From the IMG/VR virus record IMGVR_UViG_3300017589_000155, positions 1 through 44,363 of that record: a stretch of 44,363 nucleotides of DNA; one strand, written 5' to 3'. Below, in pieces: positions 27,347 through 37,259 of the stretch. This stretch comes from a virus. Its lineage: Duplodnaviria > Caudoviricetes. Made by a program: the position numbers and the translations under genes. The notes under the pieces were generated by a model, which saw only the letters and a program-made list of their open reading frames with translations, searched no databases and was not told the origin of the DNA. How positions within the stretch are numbered: position 1 is the stretch's first letter; each line of letters begins with the position of its first letter.

Positions 27347-27375
27347 AAAGAGTCCTCTTGCGAGGGCTCTTTTTT
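27347..27375 (+). terminator. Intrinsic terminator after radC
   Basis: AAAGAGTCCTC-ttgc-GAGGGCTCTTT plus a T run. Confidence 0.8.
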
Positions 27376-27385
27376 GCTGTTTTCT

Positions 27386-27420
27386 GTCCTTTTTCTAAGG
27401 CTCTGTCAAGTGTATTTTCG
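27386..27420 (+). promoter_or_regulatory. Putative late promoter for the portal/tail operon
   Basis: GTCCTTT-N20-TATTTTCG ending 4 nt before the ATG at 27425. Confidence 0.6.
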
Positions 27421-27424
27421 TCTT

Positions 27425-27649
27425 ATGATACATTCCAGTAAGATACATGAGCTTGTTGAAGTTCACCCGTTTTTCTCAATAGGATGGATAACCAGTAGCG
27501 GTGAGAAAATCTTTATCCGCAAGTGCAAGTGCACGAGCTTCCACTCATCGGGGGACACCCTTAACATAATGATATTCGAAAGTGGGGAGATACGCAAAGT
27601 AAACAGGTACACAATAACAGAGTTTAACGGCCAAGAGGTGATTTTATGA
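27425..27649 (+). CDS. Hypothetical phage protein (74 aa)
   Basis: ATG at 27425 preferred over TTG at 27374; coupled to the portal gene. Confidence 0.7.
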   Translation: MIHSSKIHELVEVHPFFSIGWITSSGEKIFIRKCKCTSFHSSGDTLNIMIFESGEIRKVNRYTITEFNGQEVIL

Positions 27650-28980
27650 TTGAGATAATTAATGGTATAACGTACCTGCCGGAGATAAAGGCAGTGATTA
27701 GCGCAAAACCCAGTGCTAACTTTTTCAAAGATGAAAATCTGGAGCCAATCACCATTGACAAAATGGTGATTGCACCCTGGGGTGCAAAGAACAACCTCCC
27801 TCAGGAAATCCTTGATATGGTTGAAGTATCTGATGTGCTGGGTGCAAACCTAAGGTTCAACAGGGATGTGTGCTATGGACTGGGACCGAAACTGGTTAAG
27901 GTATTGAAGGACAAAAGCGGAAAGGTAGTGGACTACTGTGATGTTGAAAGTGGAAAAGAGTATGACTTCTTTGAGAGAAACGATATACCAATGTTCCTGC
28001 TGGAACAGCTGACGGATATGGTTAATTTCCACAACGCTTTTCCTGAACTGATACCTTCAGAATCAAAGAATGAAATATTCTCACTCCGCTCTAAAGAAGC
28101 CGCTTTCTCGAGGTGGTCAGTGATGAACAAATTTGGCGGAATAGATAATCACTACTACTCGGCCAAATGGCACGACTCCCCGGGAAAGAATGATATTATA
28201 GCCTCTCGTGTCATTGACGAGTTCAACGCACTGGCAGATGTGACAGCTAAGATTGCACTCAAAAAGAGCAGGCTGATTTATCCTGTTTATATGCCATCAC
28301 CCAGTAGGCCATATTATTCACGCCCTGAATGGTACTCACTGTTCGAATCAGGCTGGTATGATCACTCTGTGGCCATCCCGGCACTCAAGAAAGCTATTTT
28401 GAAAAATAACTTGGGTGTGAAGTTCATAATCTACATCTCTGATGAATATTTTCAGGACATATTCCAAAAGGAAGGTATTGACCTTCACGATAGGAAAGCT
28501 GTAAAAGATAGAATCGATAAAGAGAAAGCAGCATTTAATGAGTTCCTCTCCGGGGCAGACAACGCATCCAAGGCCATAATGGCAATAAAGAAGTTTGTCC
28601 CTTCAGGCAGTGGCGCTGTGGAAAACAAGTGGATTGAAATCGAACCAATCAAAAACGATTTAACCGGGGGAGAGTACATCCCTGACTTGGAAACCGTAAC
28701 CAGTATAATGTGCTACGCCACCGGAGTACATCCATCCCTGATTGGGGCCGTTCCGGGAAAGAATTCAGGTTCAATGTCCGGGACAGACAAGAGAGAGCTC
28801 TATCTGATGAAACAGGCTCTGATGAAACCTCTTGTGGATAGAACGCTCCGTCCGCTAAAGCTGATAAAGATGTACAATAAATGGGATGACGATATCTCCA
28901 TCATTGTGCCTGAGTACATATTTACAACGCTCGATAAAGCAAAGTCAGGGAAAGAGGAATCAACAACAAAACAAATTTAA
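27646..28980 (+). CDS. Portal protein
   Basis: 444 aa with PWGAKNNLP, YYSRPEW and GVHPSLIGA...SG motifs typical of portals. Confidence 0.75.
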   Translation: MIEIINGITYLPEIKAVISAKPSANFFKDENLEPITIDKMVIAPWGAKNNLPQEILDMVEVSDVLGANLRFNRDVCYGLGPKLVKVLKDKSGKVVDYCDVESGKEYDFFERNDIPMFLLEQLTDMVNFHNAFPELIPSESKNEIFSLRSKEAAFSRWSVMNKFGGIDNHYYSAKWHDSPGKNDIIASRVIDEFNALADVTAKIALKKSRLIYPVYMPSPSRPYYSRPEWYSLFESGWYDHSVAIPALKKAILKNNLGVKFIIYISDEYFQDIFQKEGIDLHDRKAVKDRIDKEKAAFNEFLSGADNASKAIMAIKKFVPSGSGAVENKWIEIEPIKNDLTGGEYIPDLETVTSIMCYATGVHPSLIGAVPGKNSGSMSGTDKRELYLMKQALMKPLVDRTLRPLKLIKMYNKWDDDISIIVPEYIFTTLDKAKSGKEESTTKQI

Positions 28981-28983
28981 GTT

Positions 28984-29832
28984 ATGCTAGTACAGTCATT
29001 CGCTTCGATGAAGAAGTTCCTCCCTGCCGTTGTGCTCAAAGGTGAGAATATGTATTTTGATGATATGTTACAGATAGCAGAGCAAGAGCTCGTATCGTCT
29101 GTAATTGGAGAAGAACTCCTAATCCAACTGAACAAAAAGGAGGAAGCCGACCAGCCACTCCTTACCATGTGCCAGCGGATAATATCACTAAATGCATTCG
29201 TTAAGGCTATCCCTGAAATGGATTTAGTGCTAACAGAATCGGGTTTTGCAGTGCATAACTCCGATAAAATGGCACCGGCATCAAAGGCAAGAGTTGATGC
29301 TCTCATAAAGTCCTTGGCTGAAAGGCTGGACAACTCAATCGATACTCTTATTGCTTTTCTGCTCTCTTCCGTAAATTATATTGACTGGCGGGATACCCAA
29401 CAGTTTGATAACATATCCTCAGGATTCATTTGCACATACGCTGAATTCAAGAGGTACGCCCTACACACTCCAGTATATGCTGAGAGGTATCCGAAGTCAT
29501 ACAGCGACTTCGCAAAGCTCTATCCGAACCTGAGTACAGCTTTGATGGTGAATATTTCACCATACCTCTCCTCTGAATACTGTTCCGAGCTCATTGAAAA
29601 GTTCAAAGACAAAGAGATATTCTCAATGCAGGAGAAATATGCTCTCAATCTTATTAAGTCAGCTCTGGCAGCTTTCGTGATGGGTGATGGAGCCACAGGG
29701 AATAACTACCTGTTTAACTGCATAAGGTACCTCAAGGACAACATTGAGCACTTCCCAACATTTGCGGCATCTGCTGAGTCACAGGCACTGGATGTGAATC
29801 ATACCGACACGCCTATATTTTCAATGTTGTAA
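28984..29832 (+). CDS. Putative head-tail adaptor (DUF6712-like)
   Basis: Follows the portal gene; DLVLTESGFAV...APAS motif. Confidence 0.55.
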   Translation: MLVQSFASMKKFLPAVVLKGENMYFDDMLQIAEQELVSSVIGEELLIQLNKKEEADQPLLTMCQRIISLNAFVKAIPEMDLVLTESGFAVHNSDKMAPASKARVDALIKSLAERLDNSIDTLIAFLLSSVNYIDWRDTQQFDNISSGFICTYAEFKRYALHTPVYAERYPKSYSDFAKLYPNLSTALMVNISPYLSSEYCSELIEKFKDKEIFSMQEKYALNLIKSALAAFVMGDGATGNNYLFNCIRYLKDNIEHFPTFAASAESQALDVNHTDTPIFSML

Positions 29833-29833
29833 C

Positions 29834-30538
29834 ATGAATATAAACCTTAATTATCCTACTTCTTGGGAAGAGGTTACTAGAAAACAACTCCTGATTATTG
29901 CTTCATATATTCTTAAGGGAAGATCCCGGGAGGATTTCCTTCTGGGAGTATTCTGCAAAATTACGGGTATTCGGGTAGTGTATAAATCTGGAGTTAACGA
30001 GGGTACGGCGACAGCTCAGCACTGCTTTGCCAAAGGGAGAGTAAAGTTTCTTTTTCCACTCTCAACGATACACACCGCGTGCGAAGAACTTTCCTTTATC
30101 CTGGAGAAAACAGGACTCCCTGAGTGCCCGATACTATCAGTAAGCACAAAGCTCCACGGGGTATCTTTCAAGCAGTATTATTTTGCCAACGCTTACTTTC
30201 ACCGGTTTCAGGAGGTAAAAGATATTTCTCTTATTCATAAGATGCACGAGGCTTTGACCGGGAAACAGATAAAGAAAATTGAGCCTCACGAAGTGTTAGC
30301 TATAACGATATGGTGGTCCGGACTGCAAAGCTTCCTGAAGGAGAAATATCCAAATGTATTCAGCGACGATGGAGATCCTGATGAGAATAAAACACCAGCC
30401 GACACTCTTCAGGAAATCCTTGCCGCTTTGAACAACAACAAACCTCAGGAGAATGACAACATCCTGAACTCAGAAGTTCACTCAGTACTCCACGCATTAC
30501 AATACATCTACTTAACTAACAAAAATGATAACAGTTAA
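29834..30538 (+). CDS. Hypothetical phage protein, possible tail assembly chaperone
   Basis: N-terminal PTSWEEVT; located in the morphogenesis operon. Confidence 0.55.
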   Translation: MNINLNYPTSWEEVTRKQLLIIASYILKGRSREDFLLGVFCKITGIRVVYKSGVNEGTATAQHCFAKGRVKFLFPLSTIHTACEELSFILEKTGLPECPILSVSTKLHGVSFKQYYFANAYFHRFQEVKDISLIHKMHEALTGKQIKKIEPHEVLAITIWWSGLQSFLKEKYPNVFSDDGDPDENKTPADTLQEILAALNNNKPQENDNILNSEVHSVLHALQYIYLTNKNDNS

Positions 30539-30992
30539 TTATCTGAAGGAGCTCCTGACAGAACTGGAGGAGTTCAGCGACCCGTCTGCAGTAGACAACC
30601 AAATAAAATCCGGGGATGGGTTTGACGAGATAACTGCAATACTGGAGAGCATACGCTCCATAGTGTTCCCCTGCGTGGTAATTGAGGACAAATCTTCCGG
30701 AAACTTCACAATAGAAGATGGGCCGGTGGACACTTATACAATCACATTATGGATAATGCTGCAACAAACAAGAGAGGAGGAAAATGATAATTCGGAGATA
30801 TTTCGTACTGCATTTGCCCTGATGAAAAAGATTGTAGTGCTCCTCATAAGAGAACAAGAGAAAGGTACTCATTCCGTCGCTTCACTTGATATATCTAGGA
30901 TGCCATACAACAAACGGCTGGGAGGACCAAACTGCCTCGGTTATGAGTTGCTGTTAACATTCCGGGAGAATATTGAACTGAGTTATGAATGA
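30525..30992 (+). CDS. Putative tail terminator/completion protein
   Basis: Acidic, 155 aa, FPCVVI pattern; context. Confidence 0.45.
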   Translation: MITVNYLKELLTELEEFSDPSAVDNQIKSGDGFDEITAILESIRSIVFPCVVIEDKSSGNFTIEDGPVDTYTITLWIMLQQTREEENDNSEIFRTAFALMKKIVVLLIREQEKGTHSVASLDISRMPYNKRLGGPNCLGYELLLTFRENIELSYE

Positions 30993-31386
30993 TAACCTGG
31001 AGTTCGTACAAGGCTGGGCAGATATCGTCATTAAAAGGTGGGTAACAAAAGTAACCCAACTAAAGATAGTAGAAACCTCTGAGCTCCTTCGCTCATTTAC
31101 CTCTCAGGTAATGCTGGACGCAAAAGGAGACCCATTCAAGGTGACATTCACATTCATTTACTATGGCATTTTCCCAGACATGGGAGTCGGCAAGGGAGTG
31201 AGATTTCCTCAGGTTGCTTCCTCGAACAGAAGAGCCAAACCGTGGTACTCCCGGCAGTTCACTGCAGAAGTACACAAGCTCGCGGAAATAATGGCACAGA
31301 GGTATGGACAGAGAGCAATGGATGCTATAAAGATTATAGAGAACAGAACACAGTACACAAAGGTAAACGGCTATAAAAACAACTAA
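30985..31386 (+). CDS. Putative neck/tail completion protein
   Basis: Basic; T.ELLRS, YG.F.DMGVG and R.KPW motifs reminiscent of the HK97 gp10 family. Confidence 0.5.
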   Translation: MNDNLEFVQGWADIVIKRWVTKVTQLKIVETSELLRSFTSQVMLDAKGDPFKVTFTFIYYGIFPDMGVGKGVRFPQVASSNRRAKPWYSRQFTAEVHKLAEIMAQRYGQRAMDAIKIIENRTQYTKVNGYKNN

Positions 31387-31389
31387 CCA

Positions 31390-34300
31390 ATGGCAAGAAA
31401 CACAAACGCTCGTGCTGAATCAACAGTCACTTTAAATGGAAGAGCAGCCGAGAACGCTCTCGATGGGCTAAAAATAAAAGCCAAACAATACCGGGATGCA
31501 ATACTGGAGGCCAGTCGTGCCGGAGATACCGTGAAAGTTGAAAAGCTGAACAAAGCTCTCAAGTCGACAGAAGGCAGTATGAAGTCAATAAAGCAGCAGA
31601 CATTTGACTACAATATTGTATTGAAGAACCTGAACGGCTCTTCAATGATTCAACTGGAGAAGTCAGCAAAGACATTAAAGAATGAGATAAAAGGGCTCTC
31701 TCCTGCAACACAGGAATACATAACAAAGTCAAAACAGCTCGACATAGTGAGAGCTCGTCTGGACGAACTCAATGGAAGAGTAAGGCAAAGCAGCAGCTGG
31801 CTGGCTAGAGCAGGAGATTCGTTTAATAGATACTTCTCAATGCTGACAGCAGCCGCGGCTTCTCTGGTGGGAATATCAATGGCCTTTCGGAGTGCAGCAC
31901 AAGCAGCGGCTGAAATGGACGACACATACGCTGATGTGATGAAAACAACCAATCTCACAAGGGAGAAAGTGGTGCTACTCAATGATGAGTTTAAAAAACT
32001 TGACACAAGAACTTCTCGCGAAGCTCTTAATCTACTGGCCAGAGATGCCGGAAAACTGGGGAAAAGCGCATCAGAAGATGTGCTCCAGTTCGTGAGAGCA
32101 TCAAACCAAATAAATGTGGCACTGGGGGAAGATCTGGGAGAGGGTGCCATCAGAAACATTGGAAAGATTGCAGAAGTATTCCAACAAACAAAGAAGCTCG
32201 GAATAGAGAAAGCTTTCCTTTCCATCGGTTCCTCAATAAATGCGCTGGGACAAGCATCGACAGCTTCGGAAGATTATCTTGTGGACTTCACACAAAGACT
32301 GTCCGGCGTAGCATACCAGTCCGGGATATCCGTTCAAAACATACTAGGTTTCGCATCCGCTCTGGACCAAACAGGGAACAAGGTGGAGATGGGAGCAACA
32401 GCTTTTCAGAAGTTCATAATGCAAATGTTTTCCGACACGGCCACCTTTGCAAGTATGGCCGGGATGGAACTTGATGCATTCTCAAAGCTCCTAAAGGAAG
32501 ACACAAACACCGCTATTATCACTGTGCTCAAAACACTAAACGAGAGAGGAGGATTCTCTCAATTAGTGCCGGTGTTCGAAGATATGGGACTGGAGGGGGC
32601 AAGAGCCGTCTCTGTTCTCACTTCTTTGGCATCGAACATTGGACTGGTTACAGAGGCTCAAAAGCTATCAAACGATGAGTATCGTCTGGCAACCTCTCTC
32701 ACTAGGGAGTACAACATAAAGAACGACACGATGCAAGCAAGGCTGGAGAAAGCTAAAAAGGCTTTTATGGATAATGTGATAGCTCTAGGAGAGAAGCTAT
32801 CCCCTGCCCTGCTAAAGACAACAAACGCTTCAACCATATTCCTTAAAATAGTGATGGCAATACCATCATGGTTATATATGGTAGTGGCCGGAACACTGGC
32901 CGTAATAGTAGCATGGAAGAGCTGGAATATAGTTGTGGCAATAGGCAACACGCTGATGGTATCTGCTAGGTTGATTTCCCTTGCCTTCTCATTAGCTATG
33001 GCCCTTGTCACAGGAAACACAATAAGAGCAGCAGCCGCTTGGAAGCTCTTTAACCTCGCTTTATCCACAACAGCCGTGGGGGCAATAATTGTTGCCGTGG
33101 GTGCGCTTGCAGTCGGTATGTATAAACTTATCACATACCAAAGTCAGTTGACAAAAGTAACAAAGAGCTTTTATGAAGAGACACAAAAAGCCAAGTTGGA
33201 AGCATCCGGGTTGCTTGACATAATTAACAAATCTGCCGTAGGTTCCGAAGAATATAAGGCAGCCCTAAGCAAGCTCGTTGAGCTTTATGGGCCATATATC
33301 GGACACCTGATAAATGAAAAGGGAGCTCTCACGGATATTGAAACCGCTCGTAAAAACATAAATGATGAAATAGACCGAAGCATAGCTCTTAAACTAAAGG
33401 AGCAATTGGTAACAGAAATAACAGAGAAGCACCTCAAGAAACAATCTGACACTTATAGCAGCCTCGTCAACTCCATAATGCAAGTGGGAGGAGCATCCGA
33501 GAGTGTAGCACAGATTCAGGCCAGCAGCATAGTTGCGATGGTGAAGTCCGGAATGGATGAATATGAGATACACAGAAAAAGGCTTGAAGAGGGACTTCCG
33601 GCGATAGGGATAAACTGGATTAGAAAAATAAAAGAACAGAATAAAGCAATGATTCAGGAGTTGCACGCTGCCAACGCAACGATGTCAGCACTGGTGCCGT
33701 CACTGTTCGTGAAAGGGTTGGATACTGCAAAGACCGAGGGGCCTGTTCTAAAGACACAGAGTCAGCTGGATGCTGAAAAAGCAGCTGAGAAGAAAAGGCT
33801 TGCCGACCTTGCAGCCATCCGCAAAGAGGAAGCAGACAAAGAATTCAAAAGACAGATTGATTCTCTCGCCCTGGCTGAGAGAGAAAAGTCAAATGCACTG
33901 AAAAAGTCTTTTCTCGAAAACAAGATCAGCAAGGACGAGTACGAGGCTCAATCTGTTCAGGACACAGTGACGTTCCTGCAACTTCGCAATAACCTACATA
34001 TAAAGTTCAATCAAGATAATACCGAAGTGGAGGGACAATACTATGATGCAATACTGAAAATAGCAGCAGACGCTACTAAAAAAACAGAAGAACTATTAAA
34101 ATTAAAAGAGGAAAGGTGGAAGAAACTCCATGAAGTTAAAGAAGAGGAGATATATGAGCCTGAATCAGACAAGGAAATTGCAGCATTCGCAAAACATTAT
34201 AGTGACCTACAAAAGGCATCGGAAGAGATAAAAGAGAGGTACCAAAAAAGGAGCTGGCAGAAGCAAAAAGCATTTGAGATGAAAAATCTCAATGAGATGC

Positions 34301-35151
34301 TCCGTGAGAAACTTATAACCCAACAGGAATATGAGCAGTCGGTAAAAGACCTCCGTATGGAAGCGGCTGTAAAAACTGCAGAAGCAATAAATAGTCTGGT
34401 CACTTCGATGGCCGAGTTATACAACACCATCAAGGATGCTGAATTTGACCGCCTCGAAAGGCAGAAAGAGCAGGAACTGATGCTCTATGGCGACAACGCA
34501 GATGCTCGGGCAGAGATAGAACAGAAGTACGAAAAGAAGAAACACGACCTTCAGGTTGAGTACGCAGACAAAGACATGGCAATAAAAATAGTTCAGGCAG
34601 TAGCAGCTGGAGCTCTGGCCGTGACTCAGGCACTCGCCCAACTTGGACCGGTTGCCGGTGCCGTTGCTGCAGTAATCATCGGAGCAACGACAGCCGTTCA
34701 GATAGCAACGATAGTGGCACAGCGAAATGCACTTAAATCAGGTGCGAGCCCCGGAGCTGGTAACAGTTCCTCAGGAAGCAGAACAGTGAAGGGTTACTCT
34801 GATGGAGGATACACAGACCGCAGCTGGTCAGACACCCATCCTGTCGGAATAGTACACGCAAATGAATGGGTTGCCCCGGCCTCGATGGTTCGTACCAACC
34901 CTGTCGTATTTGCAAATCTGGAAAGGCAGAGGGTAAATAACTACTCAATAATGAGCCCACCGAAACAATTCGCGTCGGGTGGTTTTACCTCTCCACAGAA
35001 ATACGAATCAAAGACAGACGCGCTGCTCGCTCAGGTGATAGTAGAAATACAAGCTCTGAGAAATAAATCACTTCCGGCACACGTTGTACTGGACGAGATA
35101 AATGCACAACAGGAAATCCTAAACAAATTTAAAAAACAAGGCAGTCTATGA
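31390..35151 (+). CDS. Tail tape measure protein
   Basis: 1253 aa, Ala-rich helical, TP901-type core, hydrophobic segments, GYSDGGYT...VHANEWV motif. Confidence 0.93.
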   Translation: MARNTNARAESTVTLNGRAAENALDGLKIKAKQYRDAILEASRAGDTVKVEKLNKALKSTEGSMKSIKQQTFDYNIVLKNLNGSSMIQLEKSAKTLKNEIKGLSPATQEYITKSKQLDIVRARLDELNGRVRQSSSWLARAGDSFNRYFSMLTAAAASLVGISMAFRSAAQAAAEMDDTYADVMKTTNLTREKVVLLNDEFKKLDTRTSREALNLLARDAGKLGKSASEDVLQFVRASNQINVALGEDLGEGAIRNIGKIAEVFQQTKKLGIEKAFLSIGSSINALGQASTASEDYLVDFTQRLSGVAYQSGISVQNILGFASALDQTGNKVEMGATAFQKFIMQMFSDTATFASMAGMELDAFSKLLKEDTNTAIITVLKTLNERGGFSQLVPVFEDMGLEGARAVSVLTSLASNIGLVTEAQKLSNDEYRLATSLTREYNIKNDTMQARLEKAKKAFMDNVIALGEKLSPALLKTTNASTIFLKIVMAIPSWLYMVVAGTLAVIVAWKSWNIVVAIGNTLMVSARLISLAFSLAMALVTGNTIRAAAAWKLFNLALSTTAVGAIIVAVGALAVGMYKLITYQSQLTKVTKSFYEETQKAKLEASGLLDIINKSAVGSEEYKAALSKLVELYGPYIGHLINEKGALTDIETARKNINDEIDRSIALKLKEQLVTEITEKHLKKQSDTYSSLVNSIMQVGGASESVAQIQASSIVAMVKSGMDEYEIHRKRLEEGLPAIGINWIRKIKEQNKAMIQELHAANATMSALVPSLFVKGLDTAKTEGPVLKTQSQLDAEKAAEKKRLADLAAIRKEEADKEFKRQIDSLALAEREKSNALKKSFLENKISKDEYEAQSVQDTVTFLQLRNNLHIKFNQDNTEVEGQYYDAILKIAADATKKTEELLKLKEERWKKLHEVKEEEIYEPESDKEIAAFAKHYSDLQKASEEIKERYQKRSWQKQKAFEMKNLNEMLREKLITQQEYEQSVKDLRMEAAVKTAEAINSLVTSMAELYNTIKDAEFDRLERQKEQELMLYGDNADARAEIEQKYEKKKHDLQVEYADKDMAIKIVQAVAAGALAVTQALAQLGPVAGAVAAVIIGATTAVQIATIVAQRNALKSGASPGAGNSSSGSRTVKGYSDGGYTDRSWSDTHPVGIVHANEWVAPASMVRTNPVVFANLERQRVNNYSIMSPPKQFASGGFTSPQKYESKTDALLAQVIVEIQALRNKSLPAHVVLDEINAQQEILNKFKKQGSL

Positions 35152-37205
35152 AATTAATAACAGAAGGAGGGCAACTCGATCTGCCCTCAGGGTTCTCCTT
35201 CACAATTGAGCAGAACTCCCCTGCCTTTAGTAACGAGGGAACACAAAGCATCCCTGCAACATTGCCAACATCCATCCGAAACATAGACACGCTCGGTAAT
35301 CCGATACGACTGGGGAGAGTAGATAAATACATCAGGAAAATCCCAGCCAAAATTGAGGCAGGGCTGATTCAGAAAAATGGAATTTTGGTAATTGATTCAG
35401 CACAGAAAGGAAATGGAATAATGGGTGCCGTGATGCTCAATGAAAGTGATTTTTACAGCAGGGTAAAAGATGTGAAACTGGTGGAGATATTTGAAAAGAT
35501 AATACGCGATGATTTCGCATCTCAGGCAGACCCAGTTGAAGCGTGGTACAATCATATTTTTTCGTGTATGACTGGAGTAATATCTGATGATTTCACAGCT
35601 TTTCCAATTGCAGTGAACTATGATTCAGACAGAGGGTACCAGTTACTTAATTCTCCAGATAAATCATCTTCTGGAGAAATTTGGTCCCTCAGGTACAAGG
35701 CAAGAAGAGTGACAACTGGTGATGAAACAATCAATGTACCCACAGGATATGGAGTGACTCCATTCATTTGGTTATGGAGAGCACTGGAGCTAATGTTTGC
35801 CGAATGGGGATATACCATCCGTGAAAACCCATTCAAGAGCACTCCCCTACTTTCCAAAATAGTTATTCTAAATAATACAGCGGACTCAATATGTGTTGGA
35901 AAAATAAAGTATTCAGACCTAGTGCCTAGTTGCACCGTCTCTGAATTTCTCTCCTTCCTCGGGAGTAAATTCCTTACACACGCTTACATCTTCCCTGAAT
36001 CAAAAATGGTTGACCTTGTGCCCCTCCAGTCAGTATTAACAACAGCCCCCGACATTGACCTCACAAACTATGTTAATGGAGAGATAAAACAAATATTCTC
36101 TGACCCCCAGGAAACCTCTATCTCCTCGGATATCTCTCTGGAGGGAGCAGCACCGGCATCGGAAACGATTTTTGAGCTGAATAAAAAGCATAGCATATTG
36201 ACCCGTCTCGATGAGTACAACTTTAGAAATAACGCTTGGAGATACTCCTTTGTACAAAGAAAGGCAACAGGGGAATTTTATGAAATACTACAAAAAGTAG
36301 CAGACTCCTCTGTGAAAGAAAATAGACTGGGAAGTAATTACTTCACTCATTACTCAGGAGCTCTCCCGGCGAGAGAATATAAGTCGGCAGACATATTACC
36401 TCCTATGGTAGAAGTGGACATGGGACTAATCGGTTTTCAAAAGGTGAAATTTATATGCCCCTTTGTAGGGGAATCCAGACATATAAACACCTCCTTCTTT
36501 GATACAAAAGAGCAAACAGAGCAAAAAATAATAATTGCATACGCAGCTGGGAGAGCAGAAGAGGATGCGAATATATTATGTAAGGCTTTCTTTGGAACGA
36601 CACAGAAGTTCAACAATCTGGGACACCAATGGGCTGAATACGATTTAACAAGCTTTGATATTTACAAGCTCTTTTTCAAGTCATGGAACTCTGTACTAAG
36701 GAACTCAACTCGGGAACTGGAGTGCCGCGTTGATTATCCTGAGAAGGAACTGCTCTCATTAAGACTTGACCGCCTGAAATTAGTACAAGGACAGAAACTC
36801 CTGCCAAAAGCTTTGTCATATACCATAGGGCAAAAGGTAGCCCATAACAATTCTCAATTCGTAGTTATCAAACCACTCTCTCCAATTGAAGAAGATGTTG
36901 AATCTGTATTCATGGAACAGTTGTACAGATGGCAGTACGAAAATAACTCATTAACGGTTTTCACGGAGTTCGACATTCAGGAGTGGGAGAACTATACATG
37001 GGTATATAAAAATGCAGACGGCTCCACTTCGAACAACAACACCTTTGAATCTATCCCCCCACCAACTTCAATACAGTTTACAACCGGTGGGCAATACTTC
37101 TATCAGGAGAATGAAATAATAATTTCAGCAAAAAGAACTAACGAAAGTACAGTTATTGATTTTGACAGAGTGCTCATATCGTGGTTCACGCCTGTCATAA
37201 TTTAA
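35148..37205 (+). CDS. Tail/baseplate hub-like protein
   Basis: 685 aa coupled to the tape measure gene; LDLP...EQNSPAF N-terminus. Confidence 0.6.
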   Translation: MKLITEGGQLDLPSGFSFTIEQNSPAFSNEGTQSIPATLPTSIRNIDTLGNPIRLGRVDKYIRKIPAKIEAGLIQKNGILVIDSAQKGNGIMGAVMLNESDFYSRVKDVKLVEIFEKIIRDDFASQADPVEAWYNHIFSCMTGVISDDFTAFPIAVNYDSDRGYQLLNSPDKSSSGEIWSLRYKARRVTTGDETINVPTGYGVTPFIWLWRALELMFAEWGYTIRENPFKSTPLLSKIVILNNTADSICVGKIKYSDLVPSCTVSEFLSFLGSKFLTHAYIFPESKMVDLVPLQSVLTTAPDIDLTNYVNGEIKQIFSDPQETSISSDISLEGAAPASETIFELNKKHSILTRLDEYNFRNNAWRYSFVQRKATGEFYEILQKVADSSVKENRLGSNYFTHYSGALPAREYKSADILPPMVEVDMGLIGFQKVKFICPFVGESRHINTSFFDTKEQTEQKIIIAYAAGRAEEDANILCKAFFGTTQKFNNLGHQWAEYDLTSFDIYKLFFKSWNSVLRNSTRELECRVDYPEKELLSLRLDRLKLVQGQKLLPKALSYTIGQKVAHNNSQFVVIKPLSPIEEDVESVFMEQLYRWQYENNSLTVFTEFDIQEWENYTWVYKNADGSTSNNNTFESIPPPTSIQFTTGGQYFYQENEIIISAKRTNESTVIDFDRVLISWFTPVII

Positions 37206-37214
37206 CATAAATCT

Positions 37215-37249
37215 GTCCTTTTTATTTGCCATTCGAGCCCATAATTTTG
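37215..37249 (+). promoter_or_regulatory. Putative late promoter
   Basis: GTCCTTT-N20-TAATTTTG. Confidence 0.6.
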
Positions 37250-37259
37250 GTTAAAGATT

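Noticed and set aside
31650-35350. Long antisense ORFs within the tape measure gene
   Set aside because: Typical shadow ORFs of an Ala/Lys-rich gene, with no independent signals.
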